A stretch of 64,000 nt of DNA from an uncultured delta proteobacterium (GTDB lineage Bacteria > Myxococcota_A > Polyangia > Fen-1088). The position numbers and the translations under genes were made by a program. Positions 1-8,414 of the stretch are shown here, in pieces. The notes beneath the pieces are model-generated. The model made no database searches and was not told the origin of the DNA. It saw nothing but the letters and a program-made list of their open reading frames with translations. The DNA is taken from positions 1 to 64,000 of the forward strand of contig CAVTRY010000011.1 in assembly GCA_963737265.1 (NCBI GenBank), read 5' to 3'. How positions within the stretch are numbered: position 1 is the first letter of the stretch; every line of letters begins with the position of its first letter.

Positions 1-438
1 TTCACACTTCTTGGCCAGGGTGTCTTTGAGCGCAAACGAGGTGCCGTCATGGCACAGAATCTCCGAGAACTGAGCCAGCTTGCCCTTCGGCAAACTCTCA
101 AGCACGGGTGCCGTCAGCTTCGCGAGCGCCTGTTCGAGCATGGCGTGCATAAAGATGGGGAATCTCCGTTTGCTCAGTTGGTTGTGGAAAGGCTTGTAGC
201 GAACAGCCTTGCCGGTGAACGCATTGAAAGCACGCAGGATGTCCGCGAGCCACGCAGCTGTGCCTGCCCCCAATGTCGAGATGCGGGCTACAAGAAGCGC
301 GGCCCGGGCAATTTCGCGGCGCCGTCGAAGAAAGCCACACCGGCGAGCCGCCTTCTCCGCCTCGGCATCGCTGAGAACCTGCTGTAGCTTTTGGCTGAGT
401 GTCTCCGCCTCGGTCGTGGCAATGTCTCTCTTGGGCAC
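1..438 (-). CDS. IS4-family transposase, N-terminal part (runs off the window edge; not in the ORF track)
   Basis: Manual translation from GTG at 438 (GAGGAG RBS upstream): VPKRDIATT...GFLRRRRE...VRYKPFHNQLSK...FSEILCHDGTSFALKD. YKPFHNQL and the first catalytic Asp motif (DGTS) are typical of IS4-family transposases. Confidence 0.8.
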   Translation of the reverse strand, partial: MPKRDIATTEAETLSQKLQQVLSDAEAEKAARRCGFLRRRREIARAALLVARISTLGAGTAAWLADILRAFNAFTGKAVRYKPFHNQLSKRRFPIFMHAMLEQALAKLTAPVLESLPKGKLAQFSEILCHDGTSFALKDTLAKKCE

Positions 439-564
439 CGGGAACCTCCTCGCGTTTGTCTTCGCAAACGAATGTGTACGAGGATTCCGGTGCCTTTTGC
501 AATCACCTTGAACATCCGTTCAGTAAGCGATCGATTTCATTGAGGAATTAAGATCCTACCTATG
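1..564 (-). mobile_element. IS4-family (IS231-like) insertion sequence, one end
   Basis: The minus strand from 564 reads CATAGGTAGGATCTTAA, the CAT-N9-CTTAA pattern of IS231-type terminal repeats, directly upstream of the transposase. Confidence 0.65.
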
Positions 565-572
565 TGGGCAGA

Positions 573-959
573 CTAAGCGGCGGCCGGGGAGTAGGCCACC
601 CGAAGTTCATTCGCCAACATGAGGAATCGTGGGTCCGCAGTCCACACCTGGAATCCACCGACCACCGCGGACGCCAGAATGTTCACGTCGATCCATCCAA
701 CACCTCGCCCGAAAAGTCGTCGTTCACGAACAAACTCAACAACCTCCTGGTGGGCGACCGTCTGAGCTTGGTACATCTGCGTGTACGCTTCGAGAAGGTT
801 CCTTCTGCCGCCTCCAACGTCGCCAATGAGCAGTTCGCCGAAAACCATCTCGTGTCCAACAGCCTCGTCCCGACCAAGAACCTCGTCAAGGCCGCTGGCG
901 AATGGCTTACGACCGGCGAGGAACCGGATCCAGACCGAAGTATCTACTAAGACCATCAC
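573..959 (-). CDS. vapC: VapC/PIN-domain toxin (cassette 1)
   Basis: VLVDTSVWI...GELLIG...IDVNILAS...WTAD PIN motifs; 4-nt overlap with the antitoxin. Confidence 0.92.
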   Translation of the reverse strand: MMVLVDTSVWIRFLAGRKPFASGLDEVLGRDEAVGHEMVFGELLIGDVGGGRRNLLEAYTQMYQAQTVAHQEVVEFVRERRLFGRGVGWIDVNILASAVVGGFQVWTADPRFLMLANELRVAYSPAAA

Positions 960-1168
960 GCTACCTTACGGCTTCTTGGCTGCTCCCTTCGGCGGGGCAC
1001 CTCGCGGGCGCGTGGCTCCGCGCCTCGAAGCGAGCGCAGGCGTTCATAAGCGGCGTGTCGGACGAGCGCCTCCAGGCCGAGCCTAACGGTGTCTGTGTCG
1101 GTGGTGGCACGGCACGCAACCTTGGCGTGCCTAAGCAGTTCCACGTCGATGTGCAGAGTCTTCTTCAT
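956..1168 (-). CDS. vapB: VapB-family (RHH) antitoxin (cassette 1)
   Basis: MKKTLHIDVELL...TDTVRLGLEAL; GGAGG RBS; immediately upstream of the PIN gene. Confidence 0.88.
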   Translation of the reverse strand: MKKTLHIDVELLRHAKVACRATTDTDTVRLGLEALVRHAAYERLRSLRGAEPRAREVPRRREQPRSRKVA

Positions 1169-1191
1169 ACCTCCTAGCTTACCATACTTAG

Positions 1192-1208
1192 ATGGCTATA
1201 TCAGCCAT
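1192..1208. promoter_or_regulatory. Candidate VapB autoregulatory operator
   Basis: Inverted repeat ATGGCT-N5-AGCCAT just upstream of vapB. Confidence 0.45.
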
Positions 1209-1221
1209 ATCGCGTGGCGCT

Positions 1222-1392
1222 GCCCAACAAATAGGCGTTGCAGCGGACGAAGGCCCGTCAACTCTCGGTCGACGGTCAACGAGCCGGGGCCGCGCGGCTA
1301 TTCAGATGATCCGAAGGCCGCCGCGCGGCCCCGGCAGTGCTACTATCGACCTTCACCTAAAGGCCTTGCCGCTGAACGGCAAAGCGTTGGAC
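1222..1392 (+). other. attC integron recombination site 1
   Basis: R'' GCCCAAC (1222) and R' GTTGGAC (1386); L-box arms gcgttgcagcggac / gccgctgaacggcaaagc; long internal GC-rich hairpin. Confidence 0.85.
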
Positions 1393-1396
1393 GGAC

Positions 1397-1804
1397 CTAC
1401 GTCGGGACGATGAGGTCGACGGTTGGAAAGTACGCACGATAGCGCCGTGGATCTCGTGTCAAAATTCGGAAGCCCGACACCGCGGCGTGCGCGCCGATGT
1501 AGAAATCAGGGAGGGGCGAGGTTCGCGCTCCACCGCGACGCCGGTATTGCAGAAATGCCTTGCCGGCCAAGAAGGCTGCCTCATAGGGCAGCGGCTCACG
1601 CCTGAAGGTCGTGCTGGGAATCGCCTGCTCAAGTTCTTCGACCCTTCCGTATCCGATGGACACTTCTGCGTAGATCAGCGCGTTAATTGCCAGCGGCGAG
1701 TCGTTGGCTGCCGCTTCCAGCGCCTGTGACGACGACTCGGACCAAGTCGGGTCATTGGTGGCAATATCGAGAATGATGTTGCTGTCGACCAGCGTTGTCT
1801 TCAT
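1397..1804 (-). CDS. vapC: VapC/PIN-domain toxin (cassette 2)
   Basis: LVDSNIILD...YAEVS...LPDFYIGAHA...LTRD. Confidence 0.92.
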   Translation of the reverse strand: MKTTLVDSNIILDIATNDPTWSESSSQALEAAANDSPLAINALIYAEVSIGYGRVEELEQAIPSTTFRREPLPYEAAFLAGKAFLQYRRRGGARTSPLPDFYIGAHAAVSGFRILTRDPRRYRAYFPTVDLIVPT

Positions 1805-2037
1805 CCGGCTTTCCGGGTCAGCGCAAGAATCTGGTCCGTGCTCATCTTGACGTCAGCAGTGCCCCTCAGCCGTGCGACGACGTTGGCGCCCCGGCCGCTC
1901 GATTGCTTCAGTGGAGTCTTAACAAGACGAACGGTATTCCCATGTACCTCGAAATCGACTTGGGTGTAGGGGAGAATCCCCAACTTCTCGCGCACTTCGA
2001 TCGGAATCGTCACTTGTCCCTTTGACGTAACTCTCAT
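1801..2037 (-). CDS. AbrB/MazE/SpoVT-family antitoxin (cassette 2)
   Basis: MRVTSKGQVTIPIEVREKLGI motif; overlaps the toxin start. Confidence 0.92.
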   Translation of the reverse strand: MRVTSKGQVTIPIEVREKLGILPYTQVDFEVHGNTVRLVKTPLKQSSGRGANVVARLRGTADVKMSTDQILALTRKAG

Positions 2038-2107
2038 GGTCTTACTCCTACAGGTAATACTACGACAAAGCTATCCCCGATGCAAGATGGCGAACGCGTT
2101 GATGGCC

Positions 2108-2221
2108 GTCCAACAAGCCGTTGCAGCCGTTGCAGCGGATGTGGTCGCCGCAGGGACATCGGCGTAGAATCGAGTGGCCGGCTTGGCGGCGCCCACACCG
2201 CCGAACGGCAAGGCGTTCGGC
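2108..2221 (+). other. attC integron recombination site 2
   Basis: R'' GTCCAAC (reverse complement of the preceding R' GTTGGAC) and R' GTTCGGC; same arm motifs as attC1. Confidence 0.85.
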
Positions 2222-2265
2222 AGACGTGGGACGTTGAACCGCGGCGGAGGCTTGACAAGTATATA

Positions 2266-2499
2266 CCTGCGAGAATCTGTCAGAACGGAGGCAGTCAGGC
2301 TGTGCGTCTGCCAAAGTCTTGTCGTTTCAAGGCGGACCAGGACCAGGTGATCGTCCGGAAGGTGGGGAAGCAGGTCATTCTTGAACCCGCTGACGAGTGG
2401 CCGGCGGAGTTCCTGGCCTGCCTGGGTGCGTGGCACGATGACATCCCCAAGCCGCCCGTACGTAGAGTTGCATCCAGAAGGAACCCCTTCGACTCGTGA
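2266..2499 (+). CDS. vapB: VapB (AbrB-type) antitoxin, apparently lacking a start codon (cassette 3)
   Basis: ARICQNGGSQAVRLPKSCRF...VILEP is the classic VapB/VagC N-terminus. No in-frame ATG/GTG/TTG lies between attC2 and this motif; the ORF-track start at 2080 is upstream of attC2, in the previous cassette. Confidence 0.75.
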   Translation, partial: PARICQNGGSQAVRLPKSCRFKADQDQVIVRKVGKQVILEPADEWPAEFLACLGAWHDDIPKPPVRRVASRRNPFDS

Positions 2500-2888
2500 A
2501 ATACCTTCTCGACACAGACAGTGTCAGTAATGCGCTTCGCGGTCAGGGAGACGTGGGCGTGCACATCCGAGAGTGCAATCCATCGGACCTCCGCATCAGC
2601 GCGATCACGCTCGCGGAACTTCGGTACGGAGCTGACAGAAAGGGATCACGGAAACTCAACGGCCTCATCGACACGTTTGCGGCCGCCATCGAAGTTGTGC
2701 CATTCGACGAAGTCGCCGCAGCCGAGTTCGGCCGGATCGGTAGCATGCGTGCCGAACGGGGAACACCTATTGGAGAGTTCGATGTCCTCATCGCCGCGCA
2801 TGCGGTCTCACTGCGATGCACCCTGGTCACTAACAACGTGCGGCACTTCTCAAGAGTACCAGGACTGTCGGTCGAGAACTGGGCCTGA
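2496..2888 (+). CDS. vapC: VapC/PIN-domain toxin (cassette 3)
   Basis: YLLDTD...TLAELRYG...FDVLIAAHA...LVTNN. Confidence 0.93.
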   Translation: MKYLLDTDSVSNALRGQGDVGVHIRECNPSDLRISAITLAELRYGADRKGSRKLNGLIDTFAAAIEVVPFDEVAAAEFGRIGSMRAERGTPIGEFDVLIAAHAVSLRCTLVTNNVRHFSRVPGLSVENWA

Positions 2889-2904
2889 GACAAGGCGCAG
2901 CGCT

Positions 2905-2931
2905 GCCGAACAAGCCGTTGCAGCGCTCGTA
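2905..2931 (+). other. attC site 3, left arm only (degenerate or truncated)
   Basis: GCCGAAC aagccgttgcagcg matches the attC2 left arm and complements R' GTTCGGC; no recognisable right arm. Confidence 0.6.
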
Positions 2932-3106
2932 GCTGCGTGTGGCCGACGACGGGGACAAGTGTGGCGGCGGGCGTGGTGTCGACAAGCTGTGCGACATTGG
3001 GTTTGGCAGCGGCAAACGCGCGATGTGCGCGATAGGCCTCGTCGGCGATGGCCACCAAAGCGTCGCGTTCAAGGCCGACTGGTCGGGAATGAGCCTGTGA
3101 CTGAGA

Positions 3107-4570
3107 TCAAGGACAGGTGCTATTCAGCTGAGGCGAGAGGCTGGCGACGTTGCTCTGGTAGTTGGACGGTGCGCCGCTGACGTTGATGCCGATGACGCCT
3201 TCCGAAATGCGCGCGTTGATGGTGGAAGCCGGCTGATTCGACCAGGTGTCGGACGCCTGCGACAGGCCGGCGCTTTCATCGACCAGGATCTTCATGCCGG
3301 TCAACGTGCGCAGATACGAATAGGTGCAGGTCTTGCCGTTGTACGTGGAGCCATTCGTGCCCGCGACCATGAAACCGTTGTTGTTGCCAACGCCCGTGGT
3401 CCAGACGAGATCGAGGCCGGTCCCCTTCATGGCGTTCCAAAACGAGTTGGTCACATCGTCCGAGTTCCAGGTCGAGTGATCCATCGCGACGATGGCGTTC
3501 GGCATGTTCGTCTTGATCGCCGTTGTGATCAGGGCGGCGAGCTGCCCGAGTTGCTGGTAGGTAAGCGGCTGGGTCTGCGACGAGGAGGCATACTGGACGT
3601 AGTCGCCCTCTAGCAGCCAAATGAGTGGCTTGGTTGGCCACACGGCGTGGCTTTGCTTGGCGTAATACGCGTACGCTTGGACGATCTTGTTTTGGTCACA
3701 AATTTGCCCGGATGGGCAGGCCGAATTCGCGGTTCCCAGGATCAAGGCGCCAGCGCCCGTCGTGAGGTTCGGGCCGCCGCTTTGGTTACCATCGGGAAGA
3801 CCGTTCACGTGTCCATAGAAACCGATGATGTAGGCATAATAGGATGGGACAAGGTTGGTCGAGGCGAGCTGCTGAAGCCAGCTGCACGTTTCACAGGACG
3901 ATACGCTCCCGTCGGCCTTGATGGATTGTCCCATCCAGTTGGTTGCCCACTGTAACCAGCTGTAGGAGGCCGGGCTCGGCTCGCCCCACCCAAATTTGCA
4001 GCCGAATGGATCGCCGTGGCCGGCAGCTCCGGCGCTTCCGGAACTGCCGCCGGTTGCCGGGGATCCTCCGGCCCCGCCGTACCCAGTCGCAGTCGAGCCA
4101 CCGGTGCTGGCCAAGAATCCGCCGCTTCCCGCGCTGCCGTTTACTGCGCCACCGCTTCCAGCCGCGGCATCCGGGCCCGAGCCACCTCGACCGCTGACTC
4201 CGCCGCTTCCTGCTGCTGTGCCGCCGTCGGCCACCACGCCGCCCGTTCCTGACATTCCGCCATTGCCCACCGTTCCGCCCTTGGAGGATCCTCCCGTCGC
4301 TGGCAGTCCGCCGCCACCCAAGGCGGCCCCCGACGAAAGCGTGCCGCCCGTCGAGGCCACTCCACCCAGGGAGGCGGTTCCACCGGTCGAGCTTGTGCTG
4401 CTTGTGGAGGTAGTGCCGCCATTGGTCGCCGTTCCGCCACTCCCATCTCTTGCGCCTCCTGTTCCCGGCGAGGTGCTCGATCCGCTCGAGCAGGCGCCGG
4501 CCAACCCGGCGAGCGCAGCGAAGACAAGACCAAGGCCGGATGCTCGCAATCCTCTCCGTGGTGATTTCAT
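3107..4570 (-). CDS. Lipoprotein with long Gly/Ser/Thr linker and an unassigned aromatic-rich C-terminal domain
   Basis: Signal peptide with lipobox LAGAC, low-complexity linker, about 300-aa globular domain (possibly glycoside hydrolase-like; inference). Confidence 0.75.
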   Translation of the reverse strand: MKSPRRGLRASGLGLVFAALAGLAGACSSGSSTSPGTGGARDGSGGTATNGGTTSTSSTSSTGGTASLGGVASTGGTLSSGAALGGGGLPATGGSSKGGTVGNGGMSGTGGVVADGGTAAGSGGVSGRGGSGPDAAAGSGGAVNGSAGSGGFLASTGGSTATGYGGAGGSPATGGSSGSAGAAGHGDPFGCKFGWGEPSPASYSWLQWATNWMGQSIKADGSVSSCETCSWLQQLASTNLVPSYYAYIIGFYGHVNGLPDGNQSGGPNLTTGAGALILGTANSACPSGQICDQNKIVQAYAYYAKQSHAVWPTKPLIWLLEGDYVQYASSSQTQPLTYQQLGQLAALITTAIKTNMPNAIVAMDHSTWNSDDVTNSFWNAMKGTGLDLVWTTGVGNNNGFMVAGTNGSTYNGKTCTYSYLRTLTGMKILVDESAGLSQASDTWSNQPASTINARISEGVIGINVSGAPSNYQSNVASLSPQLNSTCP

Positions 4571-4769
4571 TGAATGGGGTGCTCCTGCATTCGGGACGTG
4601 TGACGATGTGGGATGAGACAGCGGCGATCCTGCGCGAGTTGCGTCAATCCGTGGCTTCACCTAGGCAGGTGGCCGATGCGGTCAGGATATCATCATTGAG
4701 CGATCGAGGCGGGAGGAAACTCGGTCTGGGGGGTGGCTTTGTGGTGTGCGACGGCCACGCGGAATCGCA

Positions 4770-5012
4770 GGGCGGGCTTGGTGGAACCACCGCGTCCGCC
4801 AGTGGAACCACCGGGTCCACGAGTTCCGGCGGTGGGACGGCCCTCATCGAGTGGGGGAGGGGACGCGAGCGCTGGGACACCGTGTCCCGACGGTGGTGTT
4901 GATGGCGTCGCCCCTGATGCGGGCGCGGCGTCGCCCTACATTGCGGTTTGCGGCACGTCGCTCTGTCTCGGAGGGCAGTCCTTTCGCGTGAAAGGGGCAA
5001 CGGCGTACGGAG
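4770..5012 (+). pseudogene. Frameshifted remnant: Gly/Ser linker plus start of a GH5-like domain
   Basis: GGTTASASGTTGSTSSGGG then, in another frame, PYIAVCGTSLCLGGQSFRVKGATAYG, resembling the first strands of GH5 mannanases; ends abruptly. Confidence 0.4.
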
Positions 5013-5055
5013 CAAGGCCACCACAGGCTCGTGGTGCGCGGTCGACGGTCGCCCA

Positions 5056-6114
5056 TCATTGAGGGGTTGGGAAAATATAGATCGTATACGTGTCGGTGGC
5101 CGATTTGTCGCCGTAGTTGCTGTCGAAGTAATAAAACGAAATGGGACTGCCGGTACCCGTGTAAAGCAGATAGTAAATGTGGTCGTTGCGGTACGGGCCC
5201 CACCAGGTCGACCGCTGCCCCTTGCAATCATCCGCTGCGGTTTCGTCGACGCCAATTCCGAAATCGCACGCTCCGTCGTTGCTGTTTGCGCCGGCACCCG
5301 TCGCCGACCAGTCGTCGTACTTCGCGTCGCCCATTCCGAGGTTCCCCGCGCCGACGGGCGCGGCGCCGGAGGCTTGTAGCAAGTAGATGGTGCCGCTTTC
5401 GCCAGTCTGGGTGCTCTTGACGGTGATTTTCAAGTCTGGAACCTGCAGCGTCTCGAGGGTACTCACGCCGATGCTCGGTGGCGCGGGCGACGGGGGCTTG
5501 GGCCCGGGCACCGGCGTGTCCGTCGCAGGTGGGGTCGGCGCGAGGAGGAAAAGCGAAACCGGGATCGACCCTGACGAGGCGCTGCCGGAGGTGACGAGCT
5601 TGAGCGTCAGCGGCTTCCCGGCGCCCGTGACCGTCATGTAGTAGACATGAACGGCAGTGAAGCTCCCGAACCACTTCATTCGCGCGGGGCCATAAGTCAC
5701 TTGCGCTCCCCCGTTGGGTGGGTGGAGTTGCAGGAGGCCGGTATCGATCCCGACATCCGTCCCGTTGACGACATCCGCCGCGCCCGTGCCGTCCGCGGCG
5801 CTCGCAAACTCCGCGTCTTGTAGCTCGGTGCCGACCGGGACACTGCCCTTCGCCTCGAGCAAATAGAGCGCTCCAGATGTGAGGCTCGTCTTGAACGTGA
5901 CAGGAGTGCCCGCCGCTGGGGAGTCGATCGTCTCGATCGCGCTCGCCGACGCGGTTGATCCGCCGGTCGCCGAGGTTCCACCGGTCGCTTGCGCGCCGCC
6001 TGTTGCACCGCCAGATCCTTGGACGGCGCCGCCCTGGGCCGTGGCTCCACCCGAGCTCACGATACCGCCCGACCCCTGCGCTCCTGACGCGGGGGCCCGG
6101 AGGTCAACGACCCG
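5056..6114 (-). CDS. Gly/Ser-linker protein with two similar beta-rich domains; probably N-terminally truncated
   Basis: Repeated motif YLL(E/Q)A.G..PVG...DA.(F/Y)...G(I)..D...W(F/W)G....H.YY....G.G.P; no signal peptide; the frame is open up to the upstream gene's TAG. Confidence 0.65.
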   Translation of the reverse strand, partial: RVVDLRAPASGAQGSGGIVSSGGATAQGGAVQGSGGATGGAQATGGTSATGGSTASASAIETIDSPAAGTPVTFKTSLTSGALYLLEAKGSVPVGTELQDAEFASAADGTGAADVVNGTDVGIDTGLLQLHPPNGGAQVTYGPARMKWFGSFTAVHVYYMTVTGAGKPLTLKLVTSGSASSGSIPVSLFLLAPTPPATDTPVPGPKPPSPAPPSIGVSTLETLQVPDLKITVKSTQTGESGTIYLLQASGAAPVGAGNLGMGDAKYDDWSATGAGANSNDGACDFGIGVDETAADDCKGQRSTWWGPYRNDHIYYLLYTGTGSPISFYYFDSNYGDKSATDTYTIYIFPTPQ

Positions 6115-7977
6115 CTATTGGCGGGCGAAGATGAGCACGCTCCAACTGGGAAGATTGATCCATATCTGGCCGTCTGAGGCCTCCAGATGGATGCCGTAAT
6201 TGCCCACGGTGTTGATGCCACCGTAGACAGGCGCCTGAGAGTTGAAGATTTCGTGCCATGTACCGCCGTCGCCGGAGAGGCTGATGCCGTACTGGTTCGA
6301 TCCCCACTGGCCGTCACCTGGATTCACGACCACAAGGAGCACATCACCATTTTGGTCATATCGTTTGAAAGCGATGATCTGGTTCCGGGTGTCGTTGTGG
6401 GTGATGAAGCCGGCGGGCGATCGCAGCGCTGGATGCGCCCAGCGAAGGCTGTTGATGTCGCGCACGAGCTGCTGCATGGGAGCACCCGTGCGATCGCCAA
6501 CCTTGGCCCAGTCGAGGCGCAGGTCTCCCCAGGGGCCGACGACTGGGTTCCATGAACCGTCGAGATGGCCCTCGCTTCCCATGAAGAGCATGGGTATGGC
6601 CGGCAGGGTGGCGTTGAGCGACCAAGCGAGGCGGGCTTTGGCGAGTGCCCAGCCGTTCGTGCGGCCACCGAAGCGCTGGGTGAGGTAGAGACCCGTGTCG
6701 CCTTGCCCGCTGTAGATCTGGTCGTGGGAGCCGGCGAGGTACATCACGTTGTGCCAGCTATTTGGATCGGAGAATAGTCGTTGGTTGTCGATGATTCCGC
6801 CGAGGCCGCCACCATTGAGCATATTGATTGTGTCCCAGGGGCTGTTCATATCCCAAATGGCAGAGAACTGAAAGACGCCCCAGGGGTCGATCCAGGGCAT
6901 AACGGAAGTGGTGGCGTCGTTGGGATTGTATTCGGCGATGAGGTACTTATCCGGGAACTCGCCGCGCAGGGCGGGAACGATGTATTCGAGGGCATCAGGC
7001 TGGATGGCCTGAACGGCGTCGAAGCGCAGTCCGTCGACGCAGAAGTCGCGCAGGTACATGCGGGCGTTGTCGAGCAGGAAGTCTTTGACTTCACGCTGCC
7101 AGAGGGCAAAGCCTTCACCCCAGGGGGTGTGGTGGCCGTTGACGAAGTAAATGCCGCCCAAAATGAGATTTCCGCGATTATCCCGATTGTAGCCAGCGTC
7201 GTTTCCGTCGTATTGCCAGTAACGGTTATCAGAGCTGGACGCGTGGTTGTAGACCATGTCGAGAATCACAGCCAAACCTTTGGAATGGGCAACGTCGATG
7301 AGCTGGATCAACTCGGCGACAGCGCGCTCTGGACTCGTGGCGTAGGCGTCCTCAGAGGCGAAAAGGTCGCAGGGCCCGTAGCCCTCATCGGCGCCTATGC
7401 CGAGGCTCGCTCCGGGCAGGTCGCAGAGGAAGTCGGTGATGGGCAAGAGCTCAATGGCGTTGAAACCGAGGCCGCGGACGTAGTCGAGCTTGGTCATGAC
7501 ATCGACGAAGGTGGCGATATTGTCGGTAACCGGGATGCCGTCGTTCTTGCCGGCGAACGAGCCGACATGGAGCTGGTAGATAAGGAAATCCTGGAAGGCG
7601 GGCGGGTTGAACCGCTGGCGGTTGCGGGTGAAGATGCCCGGATCGATGACATAACCCTGGGAGGTCTCGGCGGAACTTTGGACCTGCTGCGCGCGGGCGT
7701 CGGTACGGTAGTCGGCGCCGGCGATATTGTTAACGCCCCCGGGGTTGGTAATGATGAATTGGTACTTGTCATTGGCGGTGACAGGGATTTGGTCAGCCGA
7801 CCAGTTTCCGGTGCCGGGCTCTAGGGCAAGGTCGAGGGCGTGGGCAGGTAAGCCGTCGGTGAAGTCGCCAAAGACCTGCACGCGGGAGGCGTTGGGGGCC
7901 CAGACGCGAAATCGGGCTGTGCCATCCGCGTAGAGGAGACTGCCCATGCCGTCGTTGTTGGGTGAGGGAGAGCGCAT
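6115..7977 (-). CDS. GH13 alpha-amylase family enzyme with CBM48 (branching enzyme/TreZ-like)
   Basis: FRVWAPNA, IYQLHVGSF, DMVYNH, GLRFDAV, IAE, GSHD motifs; GGAGG RBS before ATG 7977. Confidence 0.9.
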   Translation of the reverse strand: MRSPSPNNDGMGSLLYADGTARFRVWAPNASRVQVFGDFTDGLPAHALDLALEPGTGNWSADQIPVTANDKYQFIITNPGGVNNIAGADYRTDARAQQVQSSAETSQGYVIDPGIFTRNRQRFNPPAFQDFLIYQLHVGSFAGKNDGIPVTDNIATFVDVMTKLDYVRGLGFNAIELLPITDFLCDLPGASLGIGADEGYGPCDLFASEDAYATSPERAVAELIQLIDVAHSKGLAVILDMVYNHASSSDNRYWQYDGNDAGYNRDNRGNLILGGIYFVNGHHTPWGEGFALWQREVKDFLLDNARMYLRDFCVDGLRFDAVQAIQPDALEYIVPALRGEFPDKYLIAEYNPNDATTSVMPWIDPWGVFQFSAIWDMNSPWDTINMLNGGGLGGIIDNQRLFSDPNSWHNVMYLAGSHDQIYSGQGDTGLYLTQRFGGRTNGWALAKARLAWSLNATLPAIPMLFMGSEGHLDGSWNPVVGPWGDLRLDWAKVGDRTGAPMQQLVRDINSLRWAHPALRSPAGFITHNDTRNQIIAFKRYDQNGDVLLVVVNPGDGQWGSNQYGISLSGDGGTWHEIFNSQAPVYGGINTVGNYGIHLEASDGQIWINLPSWSVLIFARQ

Positions 7978-8198
7978 TGGAACCTCCAGTAGGTTACCAG
8001 TTGGTTTAGCGCAAATCGGCGTGATATGCGAGCCCTGCGCGACCAAGGGTCCCTTGGTCGCGTTTCCCATCGCGAGGTGGTCAGGACGAAACGAGGATGG
8101 AACAGCATCGACCAAAGGTTCGCGGCCTACGCCAGCGGCTCCCCATTCTCCCCCTAGCCGAACACCCCAAGACGTCTGGGGCAACTGCTCTCTGGCCT

Positions 8199-8308
8199 CC
8201 GTAATCCCGCGATAGGCGCAGAAGGTCGTGGCCGTGGTCGGAGTGATCTTCGTCGGCACACGGCCACGACCACGACCACGACGGCGACGACGCTTACGAC
8301 CACATTCA
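8199..8308. repeat. Dispersed ~110-bp palindromic element, copy 1
   Basis: Highly similar to 44080-44189; internal stem GGTCGTGGCCGTG/CACGGCCACGACC. Confidence 0.8.
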
Positions 8309-8414
8309 GGCCGTGACCATGCGAGAGCAATCGCTCCGGGTCGACGTTGCCTCAAGTAACATGCACGAAAGTGCCGAATGTCTGCGCATGGAGCTGGGCT
8401 CTCGCCGCGACGGC

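Noticed and set aside
1-560. Integron integrase or attI next to the first cassette
   Set aside because: The region encodes an IS4-type transposase in a frame missing from the ORF track; there are no tyrosine-recombinase motifs, and the listed ORFs here are shadows.
2932-3100. Complete third attC
   Set aside because: No GTTRRRY with a matching L' arm was found; only the left arm is supported.
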